Assembly (NCBI GenBank): GCA_014729815.1
Contig: WJJG01000105.1
Coordinates: forward strand, 1 to 50,756
Direction of reading: 5' to 3'
Source of the DNA: Candidatus Eiseniibacteriota bacterium
GTDB taxonomy: Bacteria; Eisenbacteria; RBG-16-71-46; CAIMUX01; WJJG01
Length of the DNA stretch: 50,756 nucleotides
Positions 48,177-50,756 of the stretch are shown piece after piece; positions within the stretch are counted from its first letter, which is position 1, and each line of letters starts with the position of its first letter. The notes under the pieces are model-generated. The model saw nothing but the letters and a program-made list of their open reading frames with translations, made no database searches and was not told the origin of the DNA. The translations under genes and the position numbers were made by a program.

Positions 48177-48707
48177 CTAGCGCGCGATCGTCAGACGAAT
48201 GTCGTCGATCCAGACCGTTCCGGTGCCGGTGACGACCAGATTCAGCTTCACGTTGTCGGGGTTCTCGCCCTCCTTGAGGAAGAAGGGGATCTCCTGCGAG
48301 GTCCAATCGTTGGACCCGCTGAGCGCCGACTGCATTCCGCGCGAGAAGGCCTCCCCGATCCCCGGGAAGTGGCACCACATCTCCAGGTAGGTTTGCCCCT
48401 CGAGATCCTCGGTGCGCAGGCGCGCCTGGTAGTCGAGGCGTCCGTTCTCGACATCCAGATCCCCGGTCTCGAAGAGATTCACCACCAATGGCTCGGACGC
48501 GGTGATGCGCAGCGATCCACCTCCATCGGCGCTGATCTCGCCATCCAGCTCCACGTCTGAGGAGCGGATCACACCCTCGAGGCTATCGAGCGGGTAGTGC
48601 TTGAGCTCGGTCACCTCGGGGGGGCCGCTGCTACAGCCGGCGCACAGCAGCGCGGCGCAGCAGAGGCTGGCCCACACGAACGCCCAGACCCGGGAACGGT
48701 ACCTCAT
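48177..48707 (-). CDS. Lipoprotein with probable jelly-roll (carbohydrate-binding-like) fold
   Basis: GGAGG RBS; CAGC lipobox; SGSNDW and GTGTVWIDDIRL motifs. Confidence 0.72.
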   Translation of the reverse strand: MRYRSRVWAFVWASLCCAALLCAGCSSGPPEVTELKHYPLDSLEGVIRSSDVELDGEISADGGGSLRITASEPLVVNLFETGDLDVENGRLDYQARLRTEDLEGQTYLEMWCHFPGIGEAFSRGMQSALSGSNDWTSQEIPFFLKEGENPDNVKLNLVVTGTGTVWIDDIRLTIAR

Positions 48708-48735
48708 GGCGATGGCCTCCTCCTTCTCGGCGATC

Positions 48736-48981
48736 CTACGGCTCCTCTTCCTCAGACTCGTCCGACGGCACGGTTCGATAGGGCACGTCGATGACCTCCT
48801 CGGGCGGCAGCTTGACGCCCTGCGAGGAGCCCCGACGGCGCATCCGCTGCGGACCGGATGCGGGGCCCGCGCGGCGACGGGCATTGCGGCGCTGCAGCCA
48901 GGTGCCCAGCGCCCGCACGCCCGACATCACCAGGCTGAAAACCAGCACGGCCAGGATGGCCCGCAGCAAGAGCGCGATCAT
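48736..48981 (-). CDS. Small membrane protein
   Basis: N-terminal hydrophobic helix, basic linker, VIDVPY and acidic tail; GAGAGG RBS. Confidence 0.6.
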   Translation of the reverse strand: MIALLLRAILAVLVFSLVMSGVRALGTWLQRRNARRRAGPASGPQRMRRRGSSQGVKLPPEEVIDVPYRTVPSDESEEEEP

Positions 48982-49068
48982 GGTTCCCTCTCCGGGGGCG
49001 ACCGTAGCACAGCGCCCGAGGACAGGGAACCAGACCGCCAGCCTACGAACCGCGCTGGGCCCCGCGTA

Positions 49069-50112
49069 CTACCGGCGCCGCGGCGGCGGAGGCGGCGGCT
49101 TGCGACGGTGCCGCGGCGGGGGCGGCTTGCGTCCCGGACCCGCGTGGCGGCGAACGACGCGCCGATGGTGGAGCACCCGCTTGGCCAGCTTCGGGTGGCG
49201 ATAGTGGAAGCGCGCATGACGGCGCAGCAGCGGCTTGCGCGCGATCAGCAGACGATGGCCCCAGACACGCCGCGCCAGCGCCGGCCGGCGACCGAGCCAG
49301 ACGCGGCGGGACCAGAGAAGCCGGTGAATCCGCGGGGTCCGGGCAGCGCGCAGGCGATAGCGCCACCAGGTGCGCCAGAGCGCAGGCCGCGGGCGCCACC
49401 AGCGCCAGTGTGCGCGCAGGGCGCGCGCGATCGGCGGACGGGCCCGCACGTAGTGGTGCAGTCGCCACCAGGCCCGATAGAGGCCCGGGTGGGCACGCAG
49501 GTAGTCGACGAGCACAACGATCTGCGGATCGGATCCACTGTACGTGGGCGCGGCTTCACTGGCGAAGATCTCCTCGGCCAGATCCGCGTCACCCTGCACC
49601 TCGGCCACCGCCTCGGCGTGTGCCTCGAAGTCCTCGGCGTCTTCGGCGGCGGCCGTCTCGAACGCCTCCATGCGTTCGCCCAGATCCTCGTCGCTGGCCA
49701 TCAGGCTGTCGAAGGCCGCCATCTGGGATTCGGCCTCCGGATCGTCGGCCGCGGCCTCCTCGAGCTCCTGGGCGCGCTGGGCGAGCAGCGAGTCCTCGGC
49801 CAGCGCCTCGTAGTAGGCCGCTTCGTGCTCGGCCAGCTCCGGATGCGCGTCGACCGAATCCTGGTAGGCCAGGAAGCTCTCTTCGGCTTCCGGGTCTTCG
49901 GAGAGGGCGCCCTGCAGCGCCTCGATTTCCTCACGCTCCCCGGGGTTCTCGGCGAGCAGCTGATCGTAGTCCGAATCGGTGGACGGCTCCGCAGCCGATA
50001 TGCCGGGCGCGGCGAGCAGCGGGAGGACCAGCAATCCCAGCCGGAGCCCCCAGCGGGGCACGGACGTGGCGCGTCGGCGGCGGTTCGGCACACGAATCGA
50101 GGCAGCCATCAT
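49069..50112 (-). CDS. Secreted hypothetical protein with acidic N-terminal half and Arg/Trp/His-rich C-terminal half
   Basis: AGGAGG RBS; signal peptide; strongly bipolar composition; poly-Pro/Arg tail. Confidence 0.7.
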   Translation of the reverse strand: MMAASIRVPNRRRRATSVPRWGLRLGLLVLPLLAAPGISAAEPSTDSDYDQLLAENPGEREEIEALQGALSEDPEAEESFLAYQDSVDAHPELAEHEAAYYEALAEDSLLAQRAQELEEAAADDPEAESQMAAFDSLMASDEDLGERMEAFETAAAEDAEDFEAHAEAVAEVQGDADLAEEIFASEAAPTYSGSDPQIVVLVDYLRAHPGLYRAWWRLHHYVRARPPIARALRAHWRWWRPRPALWRTWWRYRLRAARTPRIHRLLWSRRVWLGRRPALARRVWGHRLLIARKPLLRRHARFHYRHPKLAKRVLHHRRVVRRHAGPGRKPPPPRHRRKPPPPPPRRR

Positions 50113-50511
50113 CGTTCCTCCTTGGCAAGCGAGTCGGTTCGGTTCCTCCTCCCTGCGGTGGGTGGGAAGCGATCTTCCGGGAACGGGCGCGGGTGCGTCT
50201 GCGGCGATGTGGGACCGTTCGCCTCCTGTCTATCCCGCTTGGCAGCCGCGGTCAAGCCGCCCGGGGCTCGGGGGCCGCCACTCGGCGCTCGGGGGGGCGT
50301 CGGACGGGGCCCCGGACGGGCCGAGGCGCCCCGGGGGTGTCGGAAGTGGCCTCGGGGGGTGCTCGAGACTGTACCCGGGGTGGCCGGGGTTGCCGCGCGA
50401 GTTCCAAACCCCGGGAGTGGAACCGGCCGGCGGCCAGGGCGTAGGATGGGATCCTGCAAGAGGCGCAAGGGACGTATGTCACCGGAAGCGAGGAGGTGCG
50501 GGATGCGTTCG

Positions 50512-50756
50512 ATGACAGTCTACCGTGGAAGGACGATCCTGATCGTCTTGCTCCTGCCGGCTCTGATCGGCTGGAGCGGCTGCGGCTCGCGCACCAAGAA
50601 GGGCGCCGGGATCGGCGCGGCGGCCGGTGCTGTGACCGGCGCGGTGATCGGGCATCAGAGCGGTCACAAGACGGAAGGCGCGGTCATCGGGGCCGTGGGC
50701 GCCCGCCTGGACAAGCAGGCCGAGGAGCTGGCGCAGATCGCCGAGACGCGCCGCAC
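50512..50756 (+). CDS. Glycine-zipper lipoprotein, probably OmpA/YiaD family (truncated by the window end)
   Basis: Translated by hand: MTVYRGRTILIVLLLPALIGWSGCGSRTKKGAGIGAAAGAVTGAVIG...LDKQAEEL. Confidence 0.75.
   Translation, partial: MTVYRGRTILIVLLLPALIGWSGCGSRTKKGAGIGAAAGAVTGAVIGHQSGHKTEGAVIGAVGARLDKQAEELAQIAETRR

Noticed and set aside
50419-50447. ECF promoter GGAAC-N16-CGTA
   Set aside because: Short match that overlaps an equally plausible TAGGAT -10 box; the two cannot be distinguished here

Overview
High-GC, densely coding chromosomal window with about 40 CDSs. I found no rRNA, tRNA or CRISPR array. Secreted proteins carry FlgD-Ig/T9SS-like C-terminal domains and an 'SWGxxK' tail, which suggests an FCB-group candidate lineage such as Eisenbacteria or Latescibacteria (inference only). 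Contents: an FKBP PPIase, two GT-C (ArnT/PMT-like) glycosyltransferases, a pyruvate kinase with large insertions, many uncharacterised lipoproteins and secreted proteins (including a tandem paralogue pair), a signal-peptide-bearing Pcm, and several peptidases (M16, C1, C25 gingipain-like, S9, an S41-like remnant). Also present are a radical SAM protein, an IS1380 remnant, a patatin and a DMT transporter. The most notable items are: (i) a Tat-signal PLP aminotransferase fused to a T9SS-like C-terminal domain; (ii) a minus-strand run of CoA-transferase-GNAT / ADP-forming acyl-CoA synthetase / DRTGG protein, followed by nitroreductase / glutaredoxin / FTR-rubredoxin / half-rubrerythrin-PP2C phosphatase, a candidate redox-signalling system; (iii) a frameshifted small zinc-ribbon gene missed by the ORF track; and (iv) several unexplained intergenic repeats. 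All family assignments come from motifs recognised by eye; no searches were run.
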